A stretch of DNA of 61,905 nucleotides, filler included, from Stramenopiles sp. TOSAG23-6 (Eukaryota), in the NCBI GenBank assembly GCA_900128565.1. It is 24 parts of 24 records of this genome, joined end to end, with 100 filler letters (N's around TTAATTAATTAA, not from the genome) between each part and the next. Parts side by side here need not be neighbours in the genome. Positions count along the whole stretch, not along the records: positions 10,403 to 12,898 come from LT638011.1; positions 12,999 to 15,493 come from LT638012.1; positions 15,594 to 18,086 come from LT638013.1; positions 18,187 to 20,676 come from LT638014.1; positions 20,777 to 23,263 come from LT638015.1; positions 23,364 to 25,850 come from LT638016.1; 18 more parts are not named here. One strand, written 5' to 3'. The notes under the pieces were generated by a model. That model had not been told where the DNA came from and did no database searches. It worked only from the letters and a program-made list of their open reading frames with translations. Below are positions 11,667 to 23,428 of this stretch, piece by piece. The translations under genes and the position numbers were made by a program. Numbering within the stretch: position 1 is the stretch's first letter; each line of letters starts with the position of its first letter.

Positions 11667-12255
11667 TATACTTGCTCGCGATGATTTACTCAACTAATCT
11701 GAAATCATTGTCAATAATATCGTGCACAAAAAGGAAAGAGTACTAAACTTGCTGTTGCACTTGCACTGTTGGTGCACAGCATCAAATTAAATCGATTTCA
11801 AAAATTTTGGCGCGCAAAAAGAAGGAATCTTAAACGGTTCTAACGCACGCATACCTTGCGCCGCGTATCTATTACATCTGAAAGCTCTGCAAACAAAATG
11901 TTTATTGTTTTTACAAAAATAATATTGTTTTTACAAAAATAATAAAAAAAAATTCCCCATAACCTGCTACCCAAATGTTCCCTTCCACCCTTGGTATAAA
12001 CAGTGCTTAACCTAACTCGGAATATGTTCAATTGCTGGGAGCGTAAAAGTACCCTTATATTGGAGTAAACTTTTTTTGAATTATTAGGTTATTTAGGTAC
12101 GAAATTTGGTACAAAAAATGATTGTTTCAGCCCCTTACATCATGCTATGGGCATGCTTCCCACGGTATACCAGGCACTTGCAACCACCTGACAGTCAACG
12201 TTGCCGGCCTGTGGGAGAGGGAGGGGTGAGGCATTCCAGTGGTGTACCCCTTCCC

Positions 12256-12898
12256 TCACTCCTCTTCTCCTGAAGCTCTTCCTTTCCGTTTCTCTTCCTC
12301 CTTATCCGGGGCTGTCTGGTCTGCGTTGGGTGCTTGAGGGCGGAGTGGGGACGTGGTGGGGTCCTGGGGTTCAGGGTTTGGGCGCAGTCGGCCCGCATTG
12401 GCCCTGAGCTGCCTGCCTGGGGCATCACTGGCAACGTATTGGGGATGCTTCACCACATCAATCACGACAGGACTTCCAATATTTGAGTTAGTATCACGGA
12501 ACAAAGCACGGACACTAGGAAGATCTATACAACCATCACCATGTACATCATATTTACGAAATGCTCGAGCAAGACTGTCATCTTGTGATGGTATATCACG
12601 TCTCTCATTAGGTATTCTCTCATAACGTCTCTCAGAAAGTATTCTCTCATGACCCCTCTCAGACGGTATTCTCTCATAACGTCTCTCATCATGACCCCTC
12701 TCAGACGGTATTCTCTCATAACGTCTCTCATCATAACCCCTCTCAGACGGTATTCTCTCATAACGTCTCTCATCATAACCCCTCTCAGAAGGTCTTCTCT
12801 CATAACGTCTCTCATCATAACCCCTCTCAGAAGGTCTTCTCTCATAACGTCTCTCATCATAACCCCTCTCAGAAGGTCTTCTCTCATAACGTCTCTCA
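12256..12898 (-). CDS. Partial protein with 14-aa R/E-rich repeats followed by an EF-hand; C-terminus runs into a GC-rich island
   Basis: Frame ERRYERRPSERGYD(n)...LARAFRKYDVHGDGCIDLPSVRALF, open from the contig end and only partly captured by the ORF track. Confidence 0.6.
12600..12898. repeat. 42-bp coding tandem repeat
   Basis: Unit TCTCTCATAACGTCTCTCATCATAACCCCTCTCAGAAGGTCT and variants. Confidence 0.9.
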
Positions 12899-13073
12899 NN
12901 NNNNNNNNNNNNNNNNNNNNNNNNNNNNNNNNNNNNNNNNNNTTAATTAATTAANNNNNNNNNNNNNNNNNNNNNNNNNNNNNNNNNNNNNNNNNNNNAA
13001 AAAACTAAAATTTGTTAGGTACAAAATTTCGTACGAAAAATAAATTCAAAATTGAAAAAAAAATAAAACATAC

Positions 13074-13737
13074 TTACACCTCCCTCTTGCATCAGTTGCT
13101 TCATCATATCACGAGTTGGCAATTGCCCTACAATACAACGTGTACTTTTACCTTTTAAATCACCCCAAATATCATCCATAGGGAAATAAATTTCATTCCA
13201 AAGACAAAAGTTTGTACGACTATTCTTTAAACTTGAGGCGAACATTTGCCTTTCAACAAAAGTAGATCTTGCTAATTTGACTGTACCGACGAAATCATCA
13301 ATAACCTGACGAAGACGGTGCCTGCCTTTCATTTTACAATCGATTGCATATGTAAGAAGCTGTTTCAAGAAAAGGCTGAAGAAACTTACGTGAAAGTCCA
13401 ACAACCAGATTGGTTTCTTCACAATATCAGAGTTACTCAGTTTTTCAGGAAACTTTTTTGCGAAATATTCCGTAAATTTTTTAATGTCTGGATTGAAATA
13501 TACGCTAAACTCGGATAATTGCCGTCTGCAGCAATTAAAATCATTCAAAGTTCGTGTAATAAAAAAACTGCTCGGTACTAAGGCCTTTGAAACTTTTCCA
13601 TCAGTGTAATCCGTGTCCAAACCTGTGAAGCCAACTTCAATTTCAAGTTCTATGGTTCCTCCTGCGATGAATTTTCCGGAAGCAACATGAAAACTCGAAA
13701 TTCGTCGATATCCAGGGGGACAAATAAAATCATCCAT
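13074..13737 (-). CDS. First exon of a hypothetical protein, possibly PX-domain-like
   Basis: ATG-initiated frame ending at family donor GTATGTTTTATT; ITRTLNDF...FPEK...LKQLL pattern weakly resembles PX. Confidence 0.55.
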
Positions 13738-14096
13738 GATGGTTTCTAACTTTCGTTGTGTATAGAAACTTGTCGTCGCAACTAAGAAAGCTAAGAATAT
13801 ATATTATATATCGAATGAATTGAATAATTATTAATTACATTAGTATCAAATTTTGCTAGTCAAAATTTTTTCACTAAAAACGTGAACAAACCTGCTTGCA
13901 TACGAATGATGACGCTTCGGAGCTATTTTTTTCAAATTCTGCTGGTGGTGGCCCCTCAACAATCCCTCTAGTACGTAATTAGGTTAAAAAATAGTAATTC
14001 AAATGTGTTCCTCGACCATATGTACGACATCTCTGTGATACGTTGTATTCCAAATAATAGCAATATAGATTGCTTAGTATCTTGAGCTCAGATAGA

Positions 14097-15493
14097 ATGA
14101 TATACTCTCTTTTATACAGTATATATCTTATATTTATTGCAACATTCGTTTGTTCAGTAGCTCCTCTAAATAGTAAAGATGATCACACAAAGTCTTTAAG
14201 TCCTCATTTATTACGAGCAAATTTCCAGGAGTCGTGGTTATCAGCGATTGCTCCAGTTTTACAAGCTAGAGAAACAGAAGTGTTGCGATATAGAGGAGCA
14301 TTGATAAATTTAGAATTCCAGAAACCAATGTGTCAAAATGGATTCTTCAGTAAGGGAGGAATGACAACTAGTAAAGGAAAATTAGAGAGTAAGAACTTTT
14401 CTCGAGCTAATATTGATACCGCATTCAAACTCGCCAAACGATTTATGGATAATAAACCTGAAGATTCTAATAAATCTACTGAAAATATCGAAAATAGGGT
14501 AAAGGATAAGATTGTATCTTTACTTAGTGGCTTGAACAGTAACAAAAATAGTGAAATGTTAGATTGCGTTGATTTTAATGCTTCAACACGAGTTCAACTT
14601 TCTTGTCCAAATCAGCTTCAGTCTCCAGTATGGGTTCATGCTCGAAATGATATTACAGCAAATGACGATAGAAAACAAAACAAGAATGAATCTATTGTAA
14701 TTTTTAATAGTGCAGACAATCCAATTGCAAACATTTTTCAGGTGATGTTTACACGAAAAAGTAACACTATCAAAAAAAAACACTACTATTCAATATTACT
14801 ATTGGCTAGATCAGATGTTTATTGGCCAATACTAAGTAAGTGCACAGTAGGAATCGATCCTATCCCAATCAAAGATAGTGTTGATCTGAAGTTAAGTCGT
14901 TTTCAAGATGTACCCCTAGTCGCAGCAAATATTGAGGATTGGATGGGTGGTGAGAAAAAAAAATTGAAAGAAAATCATTCTAGCCAAGTTAATGCTGCTG
15001 GTGAATCTTTAAGCCGTGCACAAAACTTGATTGGTCTCAGTTTAGCGCTTGTTAATAATGCAGAGAACAACACAATGTATAGCGATATGCAGAAAGGTAA
15101 ATATTATTCGGACAAACCGAAGCCAATGAAAGTAAATACAAAAGATTTGCTTAAAAAGAAACCGAAGCCAATGAAAGTAAATACAAAAGATTTGCTTAAA
15201 AAGAAACCGAAGCCAATGAAAGTAAATACAAAAGATTTGCTTAAAAAGAAACCGAAGCCAATGAAAGTAAATACAAAAGATTTGCTTAAAAAGAAACCGA
15301 AGCCAATGAAAGTAAATACAAAAGATTTGCTTAAAAAGAAACCGAAGCCAATGAAAGTAAATACAAAAGATTTGCTTAAAAAGAAACCGAAGCCAATGAA
15401 AGTAAATACAAAAGATTTGCTTAAAAAGAAACCGAAGCCAATGAAAGTAAATACAAAAGATTTGCTTAAAAAGAAACCGAAGCCAATGAAAGT
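14097..15493 (+). CDS. Predicted secreted protein with a Lys-rich 14-aa tandem repeat, 3' partial
   Basis: Hydrophobic N-terminus MIYSLLYSIYLIFIATFVCS; KPKPMKVNTKDLLK repeats. Confidence 0.7.
15114..15493 (+). repeat. Perfect 42-bp tandem repeat (about 9 copies, truncated)
   Basis: AAACCGAAGCCAATGAAAGTAAATACAAAAGATTTGCTTAAAAAG-type unit. Confidence 0.95.
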
Positions 15494-15593
15494 NNNNNNN
15501 NNNNNNNNNNNNNNNNNNNNNNNNNNNNNNNNNNNNNTTAATTAATTAANNNNNNNNNNNNNNNNNNNNNNNNNNNNNNNNNNNNNNNNNNNN

Positions 15594-18086
15594 TAGACGC
15601 AATAAATGAATTAGAATCCGAAATTATTGCCCTGGTCAAAGATAAAGAACGACTTCGCAATCTTTGGCATATGATTGATTTTAATGGAAATGGAAAGGTC
15701 TCTCTTGCTGAAATTGATAGACTTATAACCGAGGCATATCCCATTCTTGATAACAAGCTTGCAACAATGCGAGCATATAGAATTACAATAAAAACGGGTG
15801 ATGGTGATGCATGGGTTGAACAACACGAATTTCGATCACTCCTTCGTAATCTTTTTTATTTTAACAAACTCAGTGTCATGTTTGATAAAATTGATTCTAA
15901 TCATGACAGACGTATGAGTTTTGACGAATTCTACAAAAGTCTTGATCTACTGGATCTACAACTAGCTAAACAAGAAGCTCGTGAAGAATTTGAACTAATG
16001 GATCAGAATCACGGGGGTATGGTTTTATTCGATGAGTTTTGTAAGTGGTATGCTGAAATTACAATGCCTATTCCCAGGGATAGAGGTTATAATAAAAAAG
16101 TACCAAAGGATGGAAATGATTCAATCCCAGGAAAGTGGTTCATTGATAAATTCAAGAATTTGGATAATGGAGAAACGAAAAAAAAAGTTAGTCTTCCCCC
16201 ACCCCCGGTACCAAAAAAAGGTTCCGTAAAATCTGTTGAAGTCTCAGGTGTATATAAGGCCAAATGTTACGTTGGTATGGAAAATGAAATATTCAAATTG
16301 TTACGTGACTCCGAAAGATTAGGTAAGCTCTGGTACGGACTGGATCCTAAAAATATGGGCAGTGTAACAATGGAGAAGGTAATAGATATACTCATTTCAG
16401 CATTTCCTCTACTTGGTAATCATGTAGCAATATACTGGGCATATAACATGACTATTAAGCGTCCAAGAAAATTGATGGGTCCAAGAAATTTTATTACTGG
16501 AAAACATGCTAAATTCAAACTTTTGACAGAAACTATTACCCGGAAATATTTTCCCTCCCTTATTCGAAATATATATTACTTTCACCGGGGTTTGTTAACA
16601 TTTGGTATTGAATGCATAAATCATAATCGCAAGATTCATTTCCAAACTTTTGCGAAGAAAGCATCACTTTTAGGAGTATCAGATTTAATCGAAGACATTG
16701 CCAGATCTGAATTTCGCGAAGTTCAATCTGTATACGATCATAAAGGCTTTATCACATATGAAGAGTTATTCGAATGGGTGGGTCTTTTTCAGCTTTCTGA
16801 CACCCAAGCGTCTGTCTTAGTTGATCCAGCAGAGTTTCCAAATGGAAGAGATGTTGGTGTTAGGATTGTGTCGGCTCGTGGTCTTACTAATCGAGATACT
16901 ATTGGTACATCTGATCCTTATGCTGTTTTGTTACTTCACACGTGGAGTGACTGTGATGGAGGTGTATCCTTTAAGAAGAAATGGTATTCTGAGCATGCAA
17001 AGAAAAAGAAAGATCATTGGGGTAAAACAAAGCGATATAAAAATTGCTCAGCTCCTGAATTCGATGAAATTTTATGGTTATCATCAGGGCGTGATCCCTT
17101 AGCAAAATCTCGTAGTAGAATAGGAATTCACCTTCTAGTTATGGACCATGACATGTTTGAGCTTGAAATGCTTGGGGGTGATTATTTAGGTGAGCTTCGA
17201 ATGGAACTCGGTAGTATAACTAAAGCACCCCCTAAAGATTTTGGCGAGATAAAAGAATATGCATTGAATGGTAAGGATGGGCAACCGAATGGTGCATATG
17301 TTACTCTCTCGTGGGCTGCGAGTTTTCTTTGTTCACATGGATGTGGAAAGCGTACTCTTTTATATAGAGACATTCTCACACACGAGCAAAAATGCTCTCT
17401 AAAAGTAACTAAACCAAACCAAAAAATAGAGAATATCAAAAAGAAAGTCAGTAAATCGAAATTAGAAGAACATACACCAGAAAAAGTAAAAGTTCAGAAA
17501 GTATTGAACTCCCAAAAAGAAGAAGAAGTTATTGGAGCACTTTTGGAAGTTGACCATCAAATTCACTTACAAACAGAACATGTTTCACAAGATGTGTTGA
17601 AAAGTAAAAAAAAATCGTCAGAATCTCTGAGTAAAGTGATCGAAATCGAGAATGTTGTAGTCCCAAATGAAGGACTTAGTGCAGGCGAAGATAATTCATC
17701 ATCAACATCCAATGGACTTGCGTCTCTTCTCAACTCTAGTATGCTTACATGGTCAATATCTGATTGGATCATACATGCCAAAGTTAGGAAAATATTACAG
17801 AAAGCAAATGCAACTGAGCCATGTGCTTGGGTTGAAGTATGGAGTGAGGACAATAGAATGTACTACTTTTGGAATTCTGTTTCGCAAGAAACAACATGGA
17901 AACAACCAAATGATTATAGAATGAAAGCTGATGCCACGACTCTTCTAGCAACGTTGCGGATACAAAACTGGATCCGAGTACTCAATAATGCTCTCCGTCA
18001 CAAAAAAGCCGCTCTTGCAGGGAAGGATATCGCAATGTGTAAAGATAAATTGTTTCTTCAAGACACAGTTGAAAGTGCCTCAGCAA
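15594..18086 (+). CDS. Calflagin-like EF-hand + C2 + WW + IQ-like multidomain protein, partial at both ends
   Basis: DFNGNGKVSLAE, DSNHDRRMSFDEF and DQNHGGMVLFDEF EF-hands; SARGL..D..GTSDPY C2; WVEVWS..YYFWNSVSQETTWKQP WW; RIQNWIR. Confidence 0.85.
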
Positions 18087-18186
18087 NNNNNNNNNNNNNN
18101 NNNNNNNNNNNNNNNNNNNNNNNNNNNNNNTTAATTAATTAANNNNNNNNNNNNNNNNNNNNNNNNNNNNNNNNNNNNNNNNNNNN

Positions 18187-20676
18187 GAGCCAATCTAACA
18201 CATGATTGAACTTCTTTGCAGCTATTAATTGCATGTTTTGCAGCTGTAGCAGAAGCTAATTTCATCGCGATGAGTGCGTTTTCTTTTACTGTAGCGTTTA
18301 GAATTTCTTGAGACCTGTGTTTTTCTCTTTCTAGATTTCGGTTTACCCTCAATACTTCAACATCTTTCCGTGCACAAAATCCACGACCCATCGTAGCAAT
18401 CAAAGTAGCAGCATTATTCTTCTTAGCTATCTGGTCTACAACATCAACTGCTGTCCGCCAGCTTGAAAGTGCATCTTTCACTGATTCACATGCACTCAAT
18501 GATGCATTCTTCGATGCAATACGACAAGCATTGATTTCCTCGCGCTCCCATAAAGCATCAGCAACAGCTTTCAATGCACACACGACAAACTTTTCAACTT
18601 CATTTGCTACTTTGCTACATTGAATAGCCGCTTCCCACGATGCACTTGCAGAACAACCCCTTAAAAAAATCTAGTGGACACTAAAGAATAATGAAATTCC
18701 GCTCGATTTACAGCTTCATTTGAAGCAGCTACAGCTGCTTTTGAATATTGTGCAGCTTCTTTTAAGGCAATACCACATAAATAAAATCTAACAGCTTCAA
18801 TGGATACACGAGCATATTCAAATGCTGCGCGTGTGCTAATACGAGAGACAAGAGCAGATGTAGCCAGTGCAGCCCCAATGGTCTCCTTCTGGCGTAGCAT
18901 CAGACATCTACTAGTTACAAGATTTGCACTTGAACTCGCGCTTGCTGCCACAAAAGCAGCAACCTTTATTGCGCTCTTTATCTCTCGTACAATTTGGCGA
19001 CGATTTTCTACATGCTTTTCTGTTTCATTTTTAGATTTCTCTTCAGCCATCCTATGCAATAATGATTTAACTTTCAAACGATCTCTATTACCTCGGTATA
19101 ATCCTGATATTTTTGATGCTGCATTATCTTCTTTACACCATTTCATGATTGTATCTTCGGCACATTCCGCAACTTTAAATGCATGTGACATTGCCATATG
19201 TGCCACTAGTGATACTTTTCCTAATATTTTTTGCATATGAAGAAGATGTTTCTGCTTTCGCAATGCATCATTCGCTGCGTCAATAGCATTTTCACTTGTG
19301 GTTTGAATAAATTTAGATGCAGAAAGGGCAATTAAAGCTGCAGTAGCAACAACTTCACGCTGGTGTGTTGCTGTTTTTCTAAATATCACTAAGTCCCTCT
19401 GAAATATCGCTTTTTTTAAGAAATCATTTGCTTGGAACATACATCTTGCTGCTTGGAATGCAGCACGACCCGCCGCAAGCTTAGTCTTTCCACGCTCTAC
19501 ATCCAAACGTGCTTCATTTGCTATCTCTCGACACGTTGCTGCTGCTTTTAGCCCAACTCGGGCACTCACAGCAGACTGGAAAGCCGCAGCGCCTTCTTTT
19601 GCTGCTATTGCACGTTCTTGTGTAAGTTCGAAAAATGCGAATGCATCTTTAGCAGCCCCAATTGTAGCGGCTATCGCAGCTTCATTTGCCAAGCTGTGCA
19701 ACTTCAAGAGCAGTGCGCTCGGCAGCAATTGCAATAAAATACGCCTTTTGATTGGCTTTGGCAGTAAGTTCAGCTTTCTTCTCATCAATTGCCACTTGTG
19801 CTTCAACATGTGAAGATGTTGCACACATTGCTGAAGCATTTGCTGCAGCGTGTGCTGCTTCTATTGTATCTACCATGTTTTTGTATAACAATACAGCATC
19901 GTTAACTTCTTTATCCATTATTGTGTTTGTTTCTTCTATTGAAGTACATGCAGATTTGACAGTTAATGCTGCAAGGGTCAATGCAGCCTTCAACTTATTC
20001 TCCATTTCAATTTTCATATGCACGCTACATTTTACTAGTACACCCTTGTCATATAAAATTTCTTTTTTATCAGCACTTTTTGTATCTAATTGCAATTTTG
20101 TAAAGGTAGTCACACATCCACATGGTAATGTTTGTGTGCGTGTACCCGATACATGTGTTACAGTTTTAACACCATCGGTAGATGTTTCCGTGTGCACTCC
20201 ATCTGGGTGTTCACATATAGATCTTCCATCTTCAAAAGTTGTTGTTTTTGTACCATCACTAAGAGTTTCTACTTTTATACCATCCGTTTGTTCGCAAACG
20301 ACTCTTCCATCTGAATATGTTGTTATTTTTGTACCATCACTGAGGGTCTCTACCTTTAAACCATCTATTTGTTCACACACAACTCTCCCATCAGTATACG
20401 TTGTTGTTTTTGTGCCATCACTGAGGGTTTCTGCAACTACACCATGTGATTGCTCACACACGACTCTCCCATCAGCAAATGTTGTTGTTTTTGTACCATC
20501 ACTCAAACTTTCTATCTTTGTACCATCTGTTTGTTCACATACAACTTTTCCATCAGTATATGTTGTTACTTTTGTACCATCAATAGAGATTTTTCTAACT
20601 GTACCATCTATTTGCTCACATACGACTCTCCCATCAGGATATGTTGTTGTTTTTGTACCATCACTGAGAGTTTCAA
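18187..20676 (-). CDS. Large Ala-rich helical protein with 23-aa DGTKTTT repeats and IQ-like motifs; two frameshifts (~19685, ~18665)
   Basis: Three abutting ORFs of the same composition; AASKISGLYRG and AATLIATMGRGFCARK are IQ-like. Confidence 0.6.
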
Positions 20677-21167
20677 NNNNNNNNNNNNNNNNNNNNNNNN
20701 NNNNNNNNNNNNNNNNNNNNTTAATTAATTAANNNNNNNNNNNNNNNNNNNNNNNNNNNNNNNNNNNNNNNNNNNNTTAATTATTAATATTCTTCCTCCT
20801 CTCTTCTTTTTCTCTTCTTTATTCTTCCTTCTTATTATATATTTATGTGCAGTTTCATTTGCCTTACTATTGTTATATTATCCACTACTTTAGAGATAAT
20901 CATAGGATATTTTAAAACAGTATATCAATAAATATACTTTTAATTGAAAATGAAAAATGTGAAAAGAAATAAAATATGAATAAACACAGCATACGTATAT
21001 AAAAAAATAGAATGAAGAGAGACGAAGCAAAACGTTTGTTTAATCAACTGCTTTTCTACAGTAATTTCAACAAGAGATATTGGATTTCCAAAAGTTAAGT
21101 GTAAATAAAAACAATGCATAAAAGAAATCAACTCTTTAAAGACATCAAAGCACAATCAAATTAAATC

Positions 21168-22427
21168 ATGGATCTAAGCAACCAAGACGTACGGAATCTT
21201 CTGCCATATTTTATATTAATTGAAATCATTGAAGACAATGAGGAGGAGGTGGAAGATTTGATAATGCTGAATGCCGTGCTCCGCACAAGAACATTTGAGA
21301 GAATGGACTACATACCGGTCACAAGCCCTGTTTATTCTGGTTTCTATAACTCGCCGTTGCACAGAGGGTTAGGAAATTCTGCGTTTTATATGAAATTCTT
21401 GAAAATGACAACAACCACCTTTGCAAAATTGGCGGCAATTTTTTCTCCTATTCATCGGTATGCAAAGATTAATCACCAGGGCAAGTTGGCTTTTTATAAA
21501 AGGGAGCCCCCATCCACAACGTTATGCTCATCTGATTGCTTGGCTTGTTTCTTGTTTTGGTTTTATAATTGCGCAAACCAAGAAACATGCAGCCTATTGT
21601 TTGGGATACACCCCAGAAAAACCAGCCGTATCTTAGTCCTTGCTAGGGCGGTACTTCTTGCCGCACTTCTTGATCACCCTGATTCAAGAGTGACCTTTCC
21701 ATCTTCTGATGAGAGGGCAGTGCTAGCTGATATTGCGTCAGAGAAATACCGTGGCCTCATTGGAGATGAGCAGGTGTGGGGTTTTATTGATGGGTGCAAA
21801 TTAAATGTGGTTAGATCAGGCGACCAAGACATACAAAATGCTCATCACAGTGGCTGGTTAAAGCGACAGGTGGTAAACAATGTCATCCTATTTGATGTCA
21901 CGGGGCGAATTCGTTGGTACAATGTGAATCTTCTTGGGAATACTCATGATTCAGCTGCAACTCTACCCCTCTACTCACATTTAAGAACATGTAACCCAGT
22001 GGAAAAAATATTGGCAGACAAAGCCTTTGCCGACGTTTCAGGAATGCTCCCGCTAAATAAAACGCGCCTTGAAGCAACGGACAATGGCCCTGCATTGGTT
22101 TCGTTGCGACAATCCGTAGAACATGGCATGCGCATTTTCCAAGAGCCAGGAACACTCAAGATGAAGTTGTGTCATGATCCGGTCAAGCGCCAAGAACTGT
22201 TGCAACTTTCTTGCTTGTTGAATAATTTTAAAACAGTTCATGACAAGAACCAAATTTCGTCGACATTTGTTGGCAACATGTCTGATGCACTATTGGAGAT
22301 GGAGTTTGAGCACATTTGCTACGCAAACGAACAGGCACAACAGGAAAATCAGTTACTTGCCCCGTTCCAACAAGGACTGGAAGTGATGTTGCGGAACGAG
22401 ATTACCAAACGTGGGCTAAATTTCTAA
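21168..22427 (+). mobile_element. PIF/Harbinger (IS5/PHIS superfamily, DDE_Tnp_4-like) transposase ORF; element ends not identified
   Basis: GFIDG, SGW, GNTHDS, ILADKAF and LRQSVEHGM catalytic-region motifs; intact, intronless, more GC-rich than its flanks. Confidence 0.85.
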
Positions 22428-22740
22428 TATATATTTAGCGAAAATTGTTGATTAATCTACTATTTGCTTATATATATATACAGCACCTTTTATTTATAAC
22501 GTTATACAGCATCCGTATAGGAAATATATACTTTAAAATACGACATAGTATAATATGAATTTATACATAGGAATAAATATGAACTATATGAACTAGTACA
22601 ACTTGGCAATTTCTATTTGGGTTCTAATTATTTTATCTTGAAAACCGGGAAAATATGCCTGCCTTAAAACCTTCATCATAGGTATAACAAAGTTTCCTAA
22701 ATATAAACAAGTGTATACTAAAACCAATTTTTAAATAGAT

Positions 22741-22826
22741 AAAACAAAAGTGTCATAAATATAAAAATGTGTATACTAAAATTATTTTAAGTATACAAGT
22801 GTTTATACTTATGACACTTTCGTTTT
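22741..22826. repeat. Imperfect inverted repeat (37-bp arms, 5 mismatches) downstream of the transposase
   Basis: AAAACAAAAGTGTCATAAATATAAAAATGTGTATACT versus the reverse complement of 22790-22826. Confidence 0.85.
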
Positions 22827-23428
22827 CACTATTTACAAAACAACTTTTAAATAGCTAAACGAACGAGATCTAATTACAGAAATATCATATAGTTAAATTA
22901 TACGATATTTCGTCAAGTATATGGTCTTCTTATACTTAACTTCATCACGTTTTGCCTATACCTACAAAACAGGATATTTTACAATAAACAGCCTAAATTT
23001 TAGATCTATTCAGAAATACAAGCTCACAATACAACTTTTATACTTATAAAGCGTTTCGGTGTTTCCTATGACTGTGTTTTCGGCAAACGTTCGTTGTCAG
23101 CTCTCTATTTTATTGCATTTTCTTCAAGTGGAATATTTGGTAATTATTTTTTACCCCTATAAAAATGGATATCTTTGTAGTGTCTAAGTATAAATCATAT
23201 AGGCTGTGTTATTTAAGTAATTAAAATTAGTGTACTGCGAACTGAACTCTAGATTTAGAGTTCNNNNNNNNNNNNNNNNNNNNNNNNNNNNNNNNNNNNN
23301 NNNNNNNTTAATTAATTAANNNNNNNNNNNNNNNNNNNNNNNNNNNNNNNNNNNNNNNNNNNNGTTAGGTACAAAATTTCGTATGAAAAATAAATTCGAT
23401 TTTTTTGTAAAAAAAAAATAAAACATAC

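Noticed and set aside
19752..20732. Long antisense ORFs over repeat-rich genes (also 43971-44912 and 12525-12954)
   Set aside because: Shadows or alternative frames of repetitive coding sequence.
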